Shown here in pieces: positions 36,041 through 49,592 of a DNA stretch of 64,000 nucleotides; positions within the stretch are counted from its first letter, which is position 1; every line of letters starts with the position of its first letter. The notes beneath the pieces are model-generated. The model had not been told where the DNA came from and did not search any database. It saw only the letters and a program-made list of their open reading frames with translations. The position numbers and the translations under genes were made by a program. Source of the stretch: Laetmonice hystrix (taxonomy: Eukaryota); contig OZ249436.1 in the NCBI GenBank assembly GCA_965235115.1, positions 54,004,001 through 54,068,000 on the forward strand. The letters are read 5' to 3'.

Positions 36041-37073
36041 AACAAGCTTGTGAAGCTTATAGCCCCCACCACGAACTATGGATTCTTGAAAAAACGATGC
36101 ACGACTTCAATTGATCTTTGAAGGGCAAAGGAAATACGTATTGTCAAATGAAACTTCGTAAACTTAGTAAAGTTCTATGCAGTTATATGTAGGCCTACAG
36201 CTTGATGGCGTTATCCGGAATGTGTCTGCAATAACTATGCAGTTATGTACAGTTTGATAGTGTTATCCGACATGAAGTGTTTTGTAGATATGCTTGACCT
36301 CGATTGACCTTTAGAGGTCAGTTATGTACAGTTTGATAGCGTTGTCTGGCGTGAACCAACTGATAGGGACAAATTATCTGTGGGTCCGGGAACTATGCGT
36401 ACTTTTGGCACGCTTGTTGCCCCTCATGCATTCTGTCAGCAAGAACGAAATCCAGAAAATGTCAGAGTTATTGCTTCGAATTTCTTTAAATCCAAGATGG
36501 CCACCAAGCAGCCATTTTTAATAATATATTTGACCTGTGTCCTCCTTAGACTGTCCCTAGTTATTATGTAATGTTTCATGCAAGATTAGATGATCTACTG
36601 GATTAGATGTTGTTATTTTCAACTGGTTTGGAGGTACAGGCCATTAAAATATGCATGACCTTGATTGACCTTTCAAGGTCGCTCAAGGTCATGGAAAATG
36701 ACGCCAAATGAAACGTCATATATGACTTCCTATCTATCAATAATAGTAACTATTGCGTCATCTTGCACCGTTTTCGAGATATAAGCCAAAACAGTATCAT
36801 TGTGGGGGTCAAGAAACAAATATGGCCGCCATGTCGCCATTTTGGATCTGAATTGAAATTTTATTGTGATGCATACTGGCCCGCCATTTTGAATGATATC
36901 AAAAATGTGTTTGACGTGCATCATCCTCAGTTCATCCCTGATCCTTGTGTGAAGTTTCAAAGAAATCGACCCATACACTTCTGAGAAATCGCTGTCTACG
37001 GACATACGGACGGACGGCCAGACGCACGGACGGACGGAGGTCGAATTATAAGCCCCCCGTTGTGGGGGCTAAA
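36041..37073 (-). mobile_element. HINE (non-autonomous Helentron-type), family B
   Basis: Left end: AACAAG, hairpin AAGCTT-GTG-AAGCTT and TAGCCCCCAC (36060-36069). Right end: stem-loop AGCCCCCC-GTTGT-GGGGGCT, whose GTGGGGGCTA (37062-37071) is the exact inverse of the left subTIR. A (GGAC)n microsatellite sits near the right end. Confidence 0.78.
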
Positions 37074-37920
37074 AATTTACGTTTTATAAAGACTTTCAGT
37101 ACCGTAAGTTGGGAACTTGGGAGGTCATCCAGTTCAACCCCCATTTGAAACATTAGTCCCCCTTCCAGAAATCATGGTGACAAAAATGCCCTTTTACGAG
37201 CAGGTGCCCTTTTTAAGAGTGTGAATTTATCTTTGTGATCAGGGTGCCTATGTCCGTCCTCCCAGCAATGTTTGGCTGCGTACGTACGGCCTTGATCAGC
37301 TTATCAGATAATGCAAGCTATGCCTATACAGCCATTTCCGCTTATACATGTAGTTGGAAGGTTTTACCGGACAGGTCATGCCCACACAATACTATCGAAC
37401 ACATACAATTTGCCTGCTCTTCAATATTTAAGCCAGATCAGGACATAATTATACCTACCCGTAGGCCTGTATCACGTTTGTATCATGTATGCAGTTTTTG
37501 AAGGCGACATATACATCTCTTCACATGCAGGCGATTCTTTTAATACCATGTCGGTGATACAGAGTCCATTCTGATCCATTTCCAGTCACTGTCTGGTGTT
37601 AAACATTTAGGTGTGGTCTTATCACGAACTGTCAGGTCCGACAGGTGGACGCTGGGGACAAAGTCTCTTCACGATCACTCTCACTTCAAGTCCGTGCAAG
37701 GTTTTTAAGGGGGGGGGGGGGGGGCGATATGAACCCCCTTTGGTCGAACTCTCGAACTCAGTTGGGCCCACCAACGTACCCCATAGAAGGCCGGAAAAGG
37801 TGCCCTAGATCATTATTAGCCTTATTTAATAAACAGGGCTGAATCCAAAAAGGGTAGTCTGTCCGTAGCGCCCCCCCCCCCCGCGGCATCCGAACCCGAC
37901 AATGGTGTGCTGATGTGGAT

Positions 37921-38465
37921 ACTATCCACGGATCATACAACATCTAGGCATACATGTACTAAGAAGAGAAGAGAAAATAAACTATCCACGGATCATACAA
38001 CATCTAGGCATACATGTAATAAAAAGAGAAGAGAAAATAAACTATCCACGAATCATACAACATCTAGGCATACATGTACAGTACTAAGAAGAGAAGAAAA
38101 AATAAACTATCCACGGATCATACAACATCTAGGCATACATTTACTAAGAAGAGAAGAGAAAATAAACTATCCACGGATCATACAACATCTAGGCATACAT
38201 TTACTAAGAAGAGAAGAGAAACTATCCACGAATCATACAACATCTAGGCATACATTTACTAAGAAGAGAAGAGAAAATAAACTATCCACGAATCATACAA
38301 CATCTAGGCATACATGTACAGTACTAAGAAGAGAAGAGAAAATAAACTATCCACGGATCATACAACATCTAGGCATACATTTACTAAGAAGAGAAGAGAA
38401 AATAAACTATCCACGGATCATACAACATCTAGGCATACATGTTCTAAGAAGAGAAGAGAAAATAA
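37921..38465. repeat. ~60-bp minisatellite, 9 copies
   Basis: Units ACTATCCACGGATCATACAACATCTAGGCATACATGTACTAAGAAGAGAAGAGAAAATAA start at 37921, 37981, 38041, 38106, 38166, 38221, 38281, 38346 and 38406; no unique spacers. Confidence 0.95.
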
Positions 38466-39095
38466 TTCCATATTTCTCTTAGTATAAACAATAATCTGAA
38501 ACATCTTGAATACCGGACATAAGGGACAGATTGTACGATCGACGAAAAAAGTGTTATCAACTCTAAACTGGAACACAACAAAACACCAACTGTCTTTGAC
38601 CTACTTTATTTCCAAGCCTCATATAATCAGACATTGTAGTAATACATGTGTATGTACAGGTAACGTGTTAGCTCCAGTTACCGGCATGTATCATATCATA
38701 TATATAATTATATACCTCAATAACGACATTTAATATCACGTCAACTCGTGACCGTACAGTACTCGTCACACTTCTCTGGCAAACAATTGCTTTCAGATCC
38801 TCTATCACGTATAGCCTAAGCTAAGCTGGCTTTGGGCTAAAACGCCCATTATAATCTTAAACATTAAGTAAAGCATAATTGTGGAGATACATGGGCGTAC
38901 AGGAATGCCTTTCTTTAAAAGAAAATATCTTTCGCTGGATACTGACATCAATAAAAGTCTATCAAGTCCTCGACGGGTGAACTGACCACTTTCAACACCA
39001 CGCCAACAGTGCCACCTAGCGTAACTTCCTGTTATCGCGGCTTCACAAACAGTGAACCAAAAGTCGTAGGCCTACTCGTCGTATTGGTACCGTAG

Positions 39096-39262
39096 CATAG
39101 GCGTCGGGGGTGCGGGCGGAGGGGGCTGGGTGGAGATCGGGATTCATAAGTATATGAGTTGCCATTTTTTTTGGTAATTTTCTTCTGGTAGCTCTGTGCT
39201 GACCAGGTGCCACCCTGAAGTCAAATTCGACCCAGCCTTTAGGAATCCTGCGGACGCCTATG
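39096..39262. mobile_element. MITE with TIR CATAGGCGTC and 5-bp TSD
   Basis: CATAGGCGTC...GACGCCTATG; CGTAG at 39091-39095 and 39263-39267. Confidence 0.78.
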
Positions 39263-39668
39263 CGTAGGTAGAAATTCCAGCGCCTCCTCTTTCCCTACAG
39301 TACAGCAATTACTTAAAATATAGCAGTCTTAACACAATATTCGCTTTCACAACAGACTGCTCTTGATTGTAATGGATGCTTTACATTCTAACAATCGCAT
39401 GAACTTAAGCCAGTCAGCCTAATGGCATATAAAAACAATTGATCTTTGCCGTGATAAATGTTGGAAACCATTACATTTGTACATGGACAGGAATGGAATT
39501 TTATATTACACACAAGTGGTTTGCTCCAAGTAGCTACTTCATATACATATTCAGTATCTCACCTTACTGGAGGCCTACCTTTCAAAATATCTATAATCAA
39601 ATTCACATCGAGGAGCTCCCCTATTCCACATTATAAAATAGATGTTAGACTATGGAGAATACTGGCCA

Positions 39669-39776
39669 AGGTCATGTATTCAAATAAACATTTAGAGGTC
39701 ATGTATTCAAATAAACATTTAGAGGTCATGTATTCAAATAAACATTTAGAGGTCATGTATTCAAATAAACATTTAG
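39669..39776. repeat. 27-bp perfect tandem repeat, 4 copies (AGGTCATGTATTCAAATAAACATTTAG)
   Basis: Directly visible. Confidence 0.95.
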
Positions 39777-40747
39777 CTCGTGTATGTATCAAACATGTTT
39801 CACACTTCCGCCCTTTAATAAAATGGTTTGTAAAACCGCGATATCAACATGAAACAGCGGCCTACACATTTTGAGGTAAATACTTCAAAATGAAGCGTTT
39901 GTGTCAAAATTTGTATTCGTTTTATCATTAGCAACAAAGAACGCAGTTTCACTAAGAAAACCTTGCACCACTATACTCCCCTACCCGGTGGTTAAAAGAA
40001 ACCAACTAAGGTTCCCAGAGACCACATGTGAGTATGAAAATATGTTTTAAAGAAAGTAATGATTTTTGTGACTTTTGATATAGCTCTACCCTGACTATTT
40101 GTACAGGAGTACTGACATATTCATGAATGAATACCAGTAGCTGGTTCGTCAATGTGAAAAAGTTTCCTTATTGACTTATAACGAGTAGATAAAGAAAAGT
40201 AAATTGTCCTTAACTTTGGCCGTACATTGGCTTCTTCTTGAATCAATAGCTTGGTATCACCGTTTTCATGTCTGTTTGACTTAGAAGACGAGAAGATGTT
40301 ACGTCACACTAGAGCGCTCGGATTGGCCATGGTTCGAGTACAAACCACTAGGTGTCTCTTACATCGACATCAAACGCCTCACAGTGACAGCCTATGATAA
40401 TATTATCGTAGAATACCGGGGTATTCATTGAACATCGCTCTTAACTTACATCTTTGCTGAGTCGCATTACTTGCGATTAATATTGTCTGCTGCTTTACAA
40501 ACCTCCAAATATGAACAAATACAACTTGTCTACTCGAGTGAAAAGGTTAACATTTTAATTAAGAATAATAATTTAGAAATGTGTACGGAAATCAAAGTAA
40601 GCACGATTATCTATAATATATAGGCCTATATTGCTATAATATATAAGCCTATAATAAATAATTTCTATTTACACAACAATATCTGCCAAAACCAGTCAGT
40701 ATAACATTTTTCCTCCTGGTAATATACCAGACATACCCAACTTGGTA

Positions 40748-41108
40748 ATGAGGGACTTCACACTCCTTGAGACGCATGCGTAACGGCACATTTCCAGTCA
40801 TATCCGCGTGGCGGCAGCACTTTCGCCCGGTCCTCTTGGCTACACATTAGTATGACGTTAGATAGGACGACGAAATGCTAATCTGTGGCAGGATGTGTTT
40901 AGACTATTTGTTATGAAAAATAATAACTTGATAGGCTTCAACATGTTGTAGAACTCCTAAACGTACCATAATATTTCATAGCAAATAGCACTACGGCACC
41001 TAGATTAGCATTTCGTCGACCTATCTAACGTCATAATAATGCGGCCCAAGGAGACCGGGTTGATAGTGCTGCCGCCACGCGGAAAAGACGGTAACAAAGT
41101 CCCTCGTT
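40748..41108. mobile_element. Long-palindrome (foldback) MITE, copy 1
   Basis: TGACGTTAGATAGGACGACGAAATGCTAATCT (~40854-40885) pairs with AGATTAGCATTTCGTCGACCTATCTAACGTCA (~41002-41033); CCGCGTGGCGGCAGCACT arms also invert; homologous to 48001-48337. Confidence 0.8.
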
Positions 41109-41359
41109 GAATGATGTTTGTGGAAGTGTTTGGCAAAGGAAATATGGCCACATGTCAATGGGTAGTTGAACCGTAGTTCACTTTACAACGCTGACTTTGA
41201 TGGTGCAAATTTATGTAGACAGGCGTATACATGTACACTGATGGAACGTTTCAGCCATCTTGAAACGGGAGGTGCGCGCAAATAGGATTTTCATTCAAAC
41301 TGTCTTTGGGGTAATGCCTCCCTGTCTGGATTAAGTGTCATTCCAATAACTTATATATC

Positions 41360-41685
41360 CAGGGCTGTCAACTCTCCAGCACTGAGCGGGTGACACCCGC
41401 ATTCAGCACTAATCTCCCGCTGCACTCACAAAATCTCCCGCAGAGTGAGCATGTGCTCCAAAATGCACCAAAAGGCATCTTAAATTTTACAGTTTTTCGG
41501 GGGAAAATGCCCCTAGGCCCCCCCCCCCTAGCTAGGCTTCATGCCTTCGGCGCCTGCGGACTTCGGTGCTCTTGACTTGTACAGCCTAGTCCTATTTCGT
41601 GCCTGTGGCGCTCTCAGGCGCTGGCGGATGGGGCTGGGTCGGTGGGTGTCTCCCGCATTCGTGTTCCTAAATGTTGACAGCCCTG
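41360..41685. mobile_element. MITE with TIR CAGGGCTGTCAAC and probable 6-bp TSD
   Basis: Perfect 13-bp TIR; flanks are TATATC and TACATC (1 mismatch). Confidence 0.78.
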
Positions 41686-43280
41686 TACATCTTATCTGAA
41701 TAAAGGATTACTATGATTATTGACACCCTATACTTGTTGGTACTATGGACATCACAGATAAATGCGATAAAACCTTAAGATTTCGTTCAGTTATTAGAAG
41801 TTCCTCAGACTCAGACGAACCTCGTACTAAATATACTTAATGAACAAAATAAAAACATTAAATGTTCATGGTGCGAAGTCGAAAACACGTATGATACATC
41901 ACCTAAAACAAGGTGCTATAAAATTAAAATTGCTATATTAAACATACTCTTTTCATAAACAGTCGAAAGATGAATATTTTGAGCTCAGTCGGATTACACT
42001 CCCTTACTTGGGGAAGGTTTGGGCCTTGTGTTAATGATAACATGGAAACCTGGTACTTAGACACTTCATAGCATTATGAAGTTCACAGATGAATGTGAGA
42101 AAACTTCAAGACTGTCAACAGTTCTTTAAAATATATCATGCAAACCTCACGGTAAATATACTACATACCGGTATATTCAACTTTTATCTCAACATAAACC
42201 GTGCAATATTATCCTTAAATCACCACAAGAAAATGATCCCAATGACCGTATTATGGATTGAAAACGACACACTTAGTACCGGGGTATCTGCCGGTAAATA
42301 GGATGGATTGAAGCCAATAAAGGTATGCCAATAAACATGTAATTCTGACAAGTACCCCATAGTTACGGTACCTAGTATGTGTGCAGAAAGTCAACTATCT
42401 AATACAATAATAGAAAACAAGAACGAGCACCGTGAACGTTGAGAACATGGGATTCCTTGGCCGGCATTCACCGATCGCTTCTTTCTTCTACCAATATACG
42501 GTAGTTAAAACCTGAGGAACTGACCAAGCACACACGTTATTCTCAGGTTATAAAGAAAAAAAGAGAACAGTCCAGTATATCCTGCAGAAATTCAAATACT
42601 AGTGGCTGCATCTATGGATTTTCATTTTCTGTACATACAAGGCATCAATTATGCTACTAATATGATCTTACTAATATAGCTAAGGTTGTTTTAAATGACC
42701 ACAGAAACCTACAAACGTATCATCTCCTGTAATACCTATTGAATTTCTGATCAAAATCCATTCTACAGTGAATTCCTATCTGCACTGATACTACGATAGA
42801 AATTTAGAACTTGCGATCCTGCTTAGCTTACATATTACATTGTACTGCATAATCTAACCAATACAAACAGACCGTCCTTCTGCTAAAACCAGGCTTGTGA
42901 TTTGTAAGTGACTAAAATTTTGATTATAAATTATGTTGATTGCAAAAACCTTTAGATATATAATGGCTTTACGGCAAAAATGTAAATATAAACTACTTTA
43001 ATAAAGTAAATATACTTTCAAGGCTTGGTGCATGTTAGGATTCATAATTATGTTCCTTTCAGCAAGAGACATGGCTTTGAAAACCATTGTTATCATCATT
43101 GACGCCCAATCATAGCTGTAAGGTAAATTGTGGAGACAGATACATGTACTAATATTGCAAATAAAACATACTTGTGCTGTTCCACAGACCGTGCAAACAG
43201 AAATATTTGGTGCTAATTACTTTCCCTTGGCTGGGAAAGTTTTGAGGACTTGTGTTAATGATAAAATAGAAGCCTTGTGT

Positions 43281-46200
43281 TTAGACACTAATATCATGGT
43301 TGACAATTTTATAGATGATGATGACGATGACAAGGATGCTGCAGGCCATTGAGATGAGAATGATGGCCACATCCTTGATGATGATTCCCAGGTGAAGCTG
43401 CGACTGACCCAGCTTCAAGTGGACGGCACAGGGAATGATGAAGGCCAGCATGGAACAACCTACGGCACCTAATCAACACACAACCCACAACTGCACTCAG
43501 TGACTTTAAACCCTGAGCTTGCTGGCTCAAAGGAGCACATTTGTTTTCTTTTTTTAGCTATGGAAACAACAAATGGATTTTTTTCTTTTTTAGTCAAAAG
43601 GGCCAAATAACGTATTAGAAACGTACCTGAGAATGCTGAGACGTAAGCGTAGGAGTTACGCAATGCAATACCCATGGCCATAGCAAGGAGCGTCAGGAGC
43701 AGCCTGAAAATATTACGTTGCCAACCGGGAACCTGCAAGGCAACAGCTGGAACTACACATTTACTGAGTAAGGAAAATCAGAAACAATAATATGAAAGAA
43801 AAATTGTTTTTCTTTACTTGTCTGTGTCTATATAATAGTGTCAAGAATTACATTCAGTTTTCTTCCTCTGTAAGTAAGCTATGTTTTTGCCTGCATGACT
43901 GTGTGCCTGTTCAAAGTGACTTGAAGACAGCTGGCTCCTCAGTGCTCTTAATCATGGGTTACATGGAAGATACAAAAATTGATTTTACCTTCCTGGGAAC
44001 CTCTATTGCCACCTCGTGCCCATCGAGCCCAGCGTGTGAGTCGATGCTGCGCTCCATAAGACCCTGCCTGTCCTCACTGTTGATCACACTTCCTGGGTCA
44101 TTTTCTGCAAGAAGACCGCCACTGCTCGGAGCACAACACATACCTACAGCCCCAACAGAAAGAGCACACTACACAGCGCATGCCTAAAGAAAACTCATGT
44201 CAACATGCTCAAACACTGACATGTTTTAAAAGATCTTTCTAACGGCAAGAAGGTAAACTAACGGCACTCCATCTCCTGGTCAGTGGTTTCATGAAATTCA
44301 TTTTTTGAAGACATAAGCATTATATTACATGCCCTGAGACAAGTGCCCTCTCTTGCAATATCTCTAGGTGTACCATACCTGGTCCAAATAGATAGCCTTC
44401 CATGATCTGTATGACTGGGAAACACTGAAGCGGATAGGTAAAAAGAACACTGATGATCAGGGTGACATCTACAATGATGGCCAGTGCTGAATGTTGTGGG
44501 ATACTTCGCAAAATGATCTGCTGTACGTCATCACCGTAGCGCAGATAGCCGAGCACACCAAAGGATGTCAGGATGAGGAAGACAATGTAAATGCAGCTGT
44601 GCAAAAAGGCAGGGAAAATGTGTCGGTTTCCGTCCATGCTACTCTGGATGGGAAGTATCTGAAGTGGTAAACATGAGGAATGCAGATTCACACAGAAGGT
44701 AAATCAAGGCTCTGAATTGTACTATTAGCAGCAGACAACATCGGACATTGAAAATCAGGAAATGCAGGTGTCAGTCTTACATTTTGTAACTGGGGTACTA
44801 ATGTTGCGCTTTGGGGACAAAATTAAATAGAGGTGTTCTGTGTGCTTAAAAGCACAGTTCTGTCTGCCTAAAATTTTCACCACAAAATGCTATTAACCAT
44901 ATAACATGATGCCCTAAATACCAGTGACAAACAATGAAAATTGTAGAAGCTATAGTCAAGTAAAGAGTGTTCCAGACACAGCGGGACCAACTCTGCTGAA
45001 GACGCCTGGTCCGGCATTGCAAGTTTTGACACAAATTTTTATAAATGGCCCTATTTGTAGACATTTTGACCCATTTATCTTAAATTTGTACTGCAGACCC
45101 CAAATAACCAGATAATACTTACACAACCTATTCCTTCATATGCACTTGTCAGTTGGCCAATGAAGAGTGGGAGAGTCATCAATTTCCAGAGAGAAAAGTG
45201 TGACACAAGTGTAAATCCTATTCATAAGAGAAAAAAAAGTCATATTTAAAAATATATGGCACCAGTACTACCCCCCCCCCCCAACTGTGAGTGTGACAGC
45301 AATATTTATATTAAAACAGGGAAGTAGGGAAAATATGAATGGTTTTGACACTCTGATCAAAAATGTTCTCGTCATACAATTACGGGAGCTGAACTTACTT
45401 TAGTATTACATTGAACAGTACAAAGGTGCATCTCCTTTGAATGGGATAATTAAAATAATAGTAATAATGTTATTCGTAGTATTAGCTGTATAGGCATTAA
45501 CATTCTTGAATGCAATTTCATAGAAACAGAATGTAACATTCCAAAGCTGAAGACCTAATCAACACACCTTTAATTAGGGATCCAAGCACAGCGATAGCCC
45601 CGGCAAACAACGCCGCCGACGCTATGATGGTTAGAGGACTAAGGATTCTCATCTTACGGATGAGGGATGTACAGAGGAAGAAAGGCAGTGGTACCATCAC
45701 CAGGTACAGCATGTCTGGGGCGATGGATTTCATGTAGAGCTGGGGTGTTGGAGATGGAGGGGGCAGGGATGTTGTCGTCGTTTGGTTTGGATTACTTGGG
45801 GTAGATAATGTGGACATGTTGTGTATGGGGCCACTGGTAGCACTGGTCAGATGAGATGTATTGGAATGTCTTTCTGAGATTGGCTTGGCCAAGGGAATCC
45901 ACTCTCTGACAGAGCGGTGCTGGACTTCTCTCTCCAGATTTGGTATCGTCAGCATTGGTATACCGTTGGCCAGGTGATCAAGGGGATGGTCTGCTTCAAT
46001 GGGGCCCGATCTATTATGGATGGTGCTACCATTCAGTGGTACCATGGCTGGTTCCATGGGAAAGATGGTGAAGATTGCATTCCCAATGAAGATGAAATAA
46101 CAGACACAGGTGAGAAACTGGGTGAAGACCACTGTCAGGTTGATGAGAACCTCACACCATCTTCCAAAAGTCAGCTGGCCAACATCGCCATAACTGATGG

Positions 46201-49009
46201 AATGTTCTAATTTGGCACGGAGTGCTTTAAGGTCGGCAGCACTGAGTGGTCTCTCAGCGGTATCTCTGTCAATGAGCCGATCAATTAAGGTGTTCTTACA
46301 CTTGATCAGTAGCTGACAACAGTGGTCTGTTAGAGTTGCAATGAGAAAAACTCCTACAACCCCCAACTGAAAGAAAAACAAAACAGGAATAGATTGTAAA
46401 ACATGTCAATATTGTCAGACTATAGGAAATGATAAGGTTTTATTTATAGAAACTTAAACCTCATGCCACAACGCCTACTTACCACTACACCACTCTGGGC
46501 AAAGGCAAACGGCAGGGACAAGTAGTTGGTACCGATGAAGGCTTTTAGGGTGTTGAAGAAGTCACCAACATATGTCCTCAAGGGAACTTTTTTCCTGTTA
46601 TTTAAAGAAAATCAATTCTCATCAGATTTCGGCTTTTACATAAGTATGAAGGAACCTTATTTCACACTCCTTTTCCACATAAATGGACTTTTATCACAAT
46701 GGCTGCAATTTTTCCTTTTGGGTTCATGAGCAATTTCAGTGTTTTACATGGACCTCTGATTCCTCAAGCCCTAGTGTACCCGGTACATCTAGAATAACCA
46801 ATTTACTGCATGGTCCAAACTATTAGTGATAACTGCAATATGAATTTAACGTATCACTGATGGCGAATGGAGGGCAATCAAATCTATTGTCAGTTTCCAC
46901 AGGGGTCAAAACGTCAATGCAGGGCAGTATTGGTATTTACAGACCAGTGCAGCTTGGGAGTCAATTAAAATTGTATATTCACAATGTATATTCACAATGC
47001 CTAATATATTCACGTTGCTGAGTGCCATAACATTTATAAGATTAAACCTGACCAGTTACCTCTTTCAACTGCCTGTAAAATGGTCACACACCAGTGTTCT
47101 AACTAGAAATATTTCTCACAGTGGGGGGAATTCCACCACACGGGGGCCGGGTGCCCCCCTCCCTAAGAAAACGGTGCATTTGAGATGAATAAATCCCCTT
47201 TTGGGTATTATTATCACAGTGAAAGGAATTGTCAGAGTGGGGGATTGCCGCAGGGAAGCGCTTTAGTTGGAGCTCTGCACACCATTACCAATTTACATAG
47301 TCCAAAAGCAAGTATTAATTACATGTATAGTTTCTTGTTCATTGAAGATCCTCTTCAGTCTTCATCGACTTATCCTGCTCATTCAGATATCAAATAATCT
47401 TTTAAAGTACCTGCTTCAGGCTTTATCACAGGTCGATAGATTGCAACATGAGCTTCTGTTGGCCTTTTGCCATATTTGTTTCAATGGTGAAATATAGTAG
47501 GAGGCAAAGAGACAAGGAACCAAAACTTCACCGTTTTTGTATTGATTGTTGGTGAAAAAATATAAAATTTGAAATTTTAGCAAACAATGGCGTTTTAAAT
47601 AATGAAGGGCCTACTCAAGGTAGGCTAGTCAGTTTTAATAGGACTTTTGTTTAGAAAACTTCTTATACACCCATGTTCAGACCTGCCAAGTCTCACGCAT
47701 TTCGCAGGAGTATCATGCATTTGGACCCTTTCTCCTGGGAGCCCAGTGCTTTCTGGTGCAAACTATAATAAATATTAGAGGCCTACGTCTACCTCTTAAG
47801 TCTACATTCATTAGGATCTAACTGACTCGAATTGACAAAAACGTGGGATAAATAGCCACAATCAGTGGATCCTTCTTTTACTATGGTGTGTTGTAATCAG
47901 AACCTCCCACACTATTTCCCCCAAATTAGCCAATCTCCCACAAAATTTTACGAAACCTCCCGCAAGCAGGTAGAAGACCCTTGGCCACGGTCTGCATGTT
48001 AATGGGAGACTCGAAATAATGGAGTTCCCGTCTTTAATGGCTACACATTAGTATGACGTTAGATAGGACGACGAAATGCTAATCTGTAGCTGGGTGCCGT
48101 AGTGCTATTTGTTATGAAATATTATGGTGCGTTTAGGAGCTATTCAACATGGCGGAGCCTGTCGAGTTATTAATTTTCATAACAAATCGTCTGAATGCAT
48201 CCTGCCACAGATTAGCATTTCGTCGTCCTATATAATGTCATGCTAATGTGCAGTCGTGAGGACCGGGGCGACAGTGCTGCTGCCACGCGGATATTACTGG
48301 AATGCGCCATTGTGCATGCGTCTCAAGTCTCCCATCGGTAGAGAGTAAGTAAACAGTTCTTAGCAGGAGCAAACCTGATCTGGAAGGTAATGCACATGTT
48401 CAGTGGCAGCTTCAGGATTTTTCTTTGGGGCACAGTTGTGTGTGGGTGGATGAGTATAACTCAATAGTCCTTAACCCTAACCCAAACAACTGAACATGTT
48501 GTTCTTCTGCCATTTGACGGCAGAATAACCACTGCGTTAAATAAATTAGGCCAACCACTGCACTTTAACTTGGCTTAACTTTAATTTTACTTCTTCAACT
48601 TAGTTTCACCTCAGTCATGATTGTCAACTCAGCTTCTCAACATCAGCTTTTTGCCTGCACAAAAGTTTTTCAAAACGAATCTGGCCCACACCTCCATAAA
48701 GTTTGAAACGGTATCAACGACAACATTTTGCTGAGGTTGCTGTTATGATATGGTTTTACTTTATGAATCGCATAGCGACGTTCTATGGGGTATACTAATC
48801 CAAGGGTCTCACGGCAAGGATCGTTAAATAACACTCAGTTGGGGCCAACTTAGCTTACTCTTTAAATACCACTACTCTAAGTCTTAGCCTGTTAGGCCTC
48901 TTATTTTTCTTAATGAATAGCATTAGTAATATGTTATGTGTCTTACTTACTTGATAACATTTGCCAGCAGCGGCTGCCGCTCGTCGTCGTCCTGTCCAGT
49001 GTAGTCCAT
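43281..49009 (-). CDS. Amino-acid transporter of the SLC36/AVT3 (Aa_trans) family, ~597 aa, probably lysosomal
   Basis: Phase-consistent exons: 49009-48951, 46594-46483, 46366-45568, 45217-45123, 44658-44379, 44143 (or 44104)-43989, 43732-43627, 43468-43281 (TAA). Motifs KAFIGTNYLSLPFAFAQSG, HCCQLL, SYGDVG, LPLFIG...AYEGIGCILPI, GVLGYLRYGD, FTYPLQCFP, LAFIIP. N-terminal ERQPLL fits the [DE]xxxL[LI] sorting signal. Confidence 0.9.
47678..47994. mobile_element. MITE with CAGACC...GGTCTG ends and 6-bp TSD
   Basis: CATGTT at 47672-47677 and 47995-48000; imperfect TIR CAGACCTGCCAAG / CTTGGCCACGGTCTG. Confidence 0.72.
48001..48337. mobile_element. Foldback MITE, copy 2 (inverted relative to 40748-41108)
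   Basis: Shares GGCTACACATTAGTATGACGTTAGATAGGACGACGAAATGCTAATCTGT; ends ATGGGAGACT...AGTCTCCCAT. Confidence 0.8.
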
Positions 49010-49592
49010 AGTAAAAAATCGTCTCAGCTTTTCTTCTCGCCAGGTCTGGTAATGGTGCCGATTCCAATGACAAAGATGACGGGGGAATCGATCAGAACAT
49101 CCGCAGAGAACATCGAGTCACGAGATGCTCTATTGTACTCAGTCAGACCTTTCAGACTCAGTCTCACTTGATATCCTTTTTGGGCCACTAAAGTAAACCG
49201 GAAATAGCGAAGAGCCATCTAGTGAGAAAATCATGTTATACCTTTTATGGTGGCGCCACCTAGGGAAGATCCTGGAGAATATTAGCACTGTAACTTGTGT
49301 AAGTAGAGATATAACACATAACCTAGCCCGAGCCCATGGTATTATTTTAACTTATTATTTTAAAATAATAAAATATATCATGCTAGAAAGGCCCCCCCCA
49401 CACACACACACACACATACTCCCACTTTTGAAAGAGAGGAGCCAAAGTACCACTGATTAAAGATCATTTCCCAATTTAAAAATTAAAACACCCCCTTTGG
49501 GCAATGGGCTATAAAGTCGCATTTTGTAGTTGGATCTATATTTGTTTCCCGGTCTTTTATCAGCTGAAGTAGATCTATAGAGATATGCATTA

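Noticed and set aside
37921..38465. CRISPR-like array, and the 191-aa ORF 37907-38482
   Set aside because: Units are contiguous near-identical repeats with no unique spacers and no cas genes; the ORF is a by-product of the minisatellite.
39458..39874. 138-aa ORF with VMYSNKHLE repeats
   Set aside because: Explained by the 27-bp tandem repeat; non-ATG start and no other coding signal.
47408..47455. Possible extra transporter exon (EAHVAIYRPVIKPEA)
   Set aside because: Its open frame is phase 1/1, whereas the flanking exons join in phase 2; inclusion would introduce a stop.
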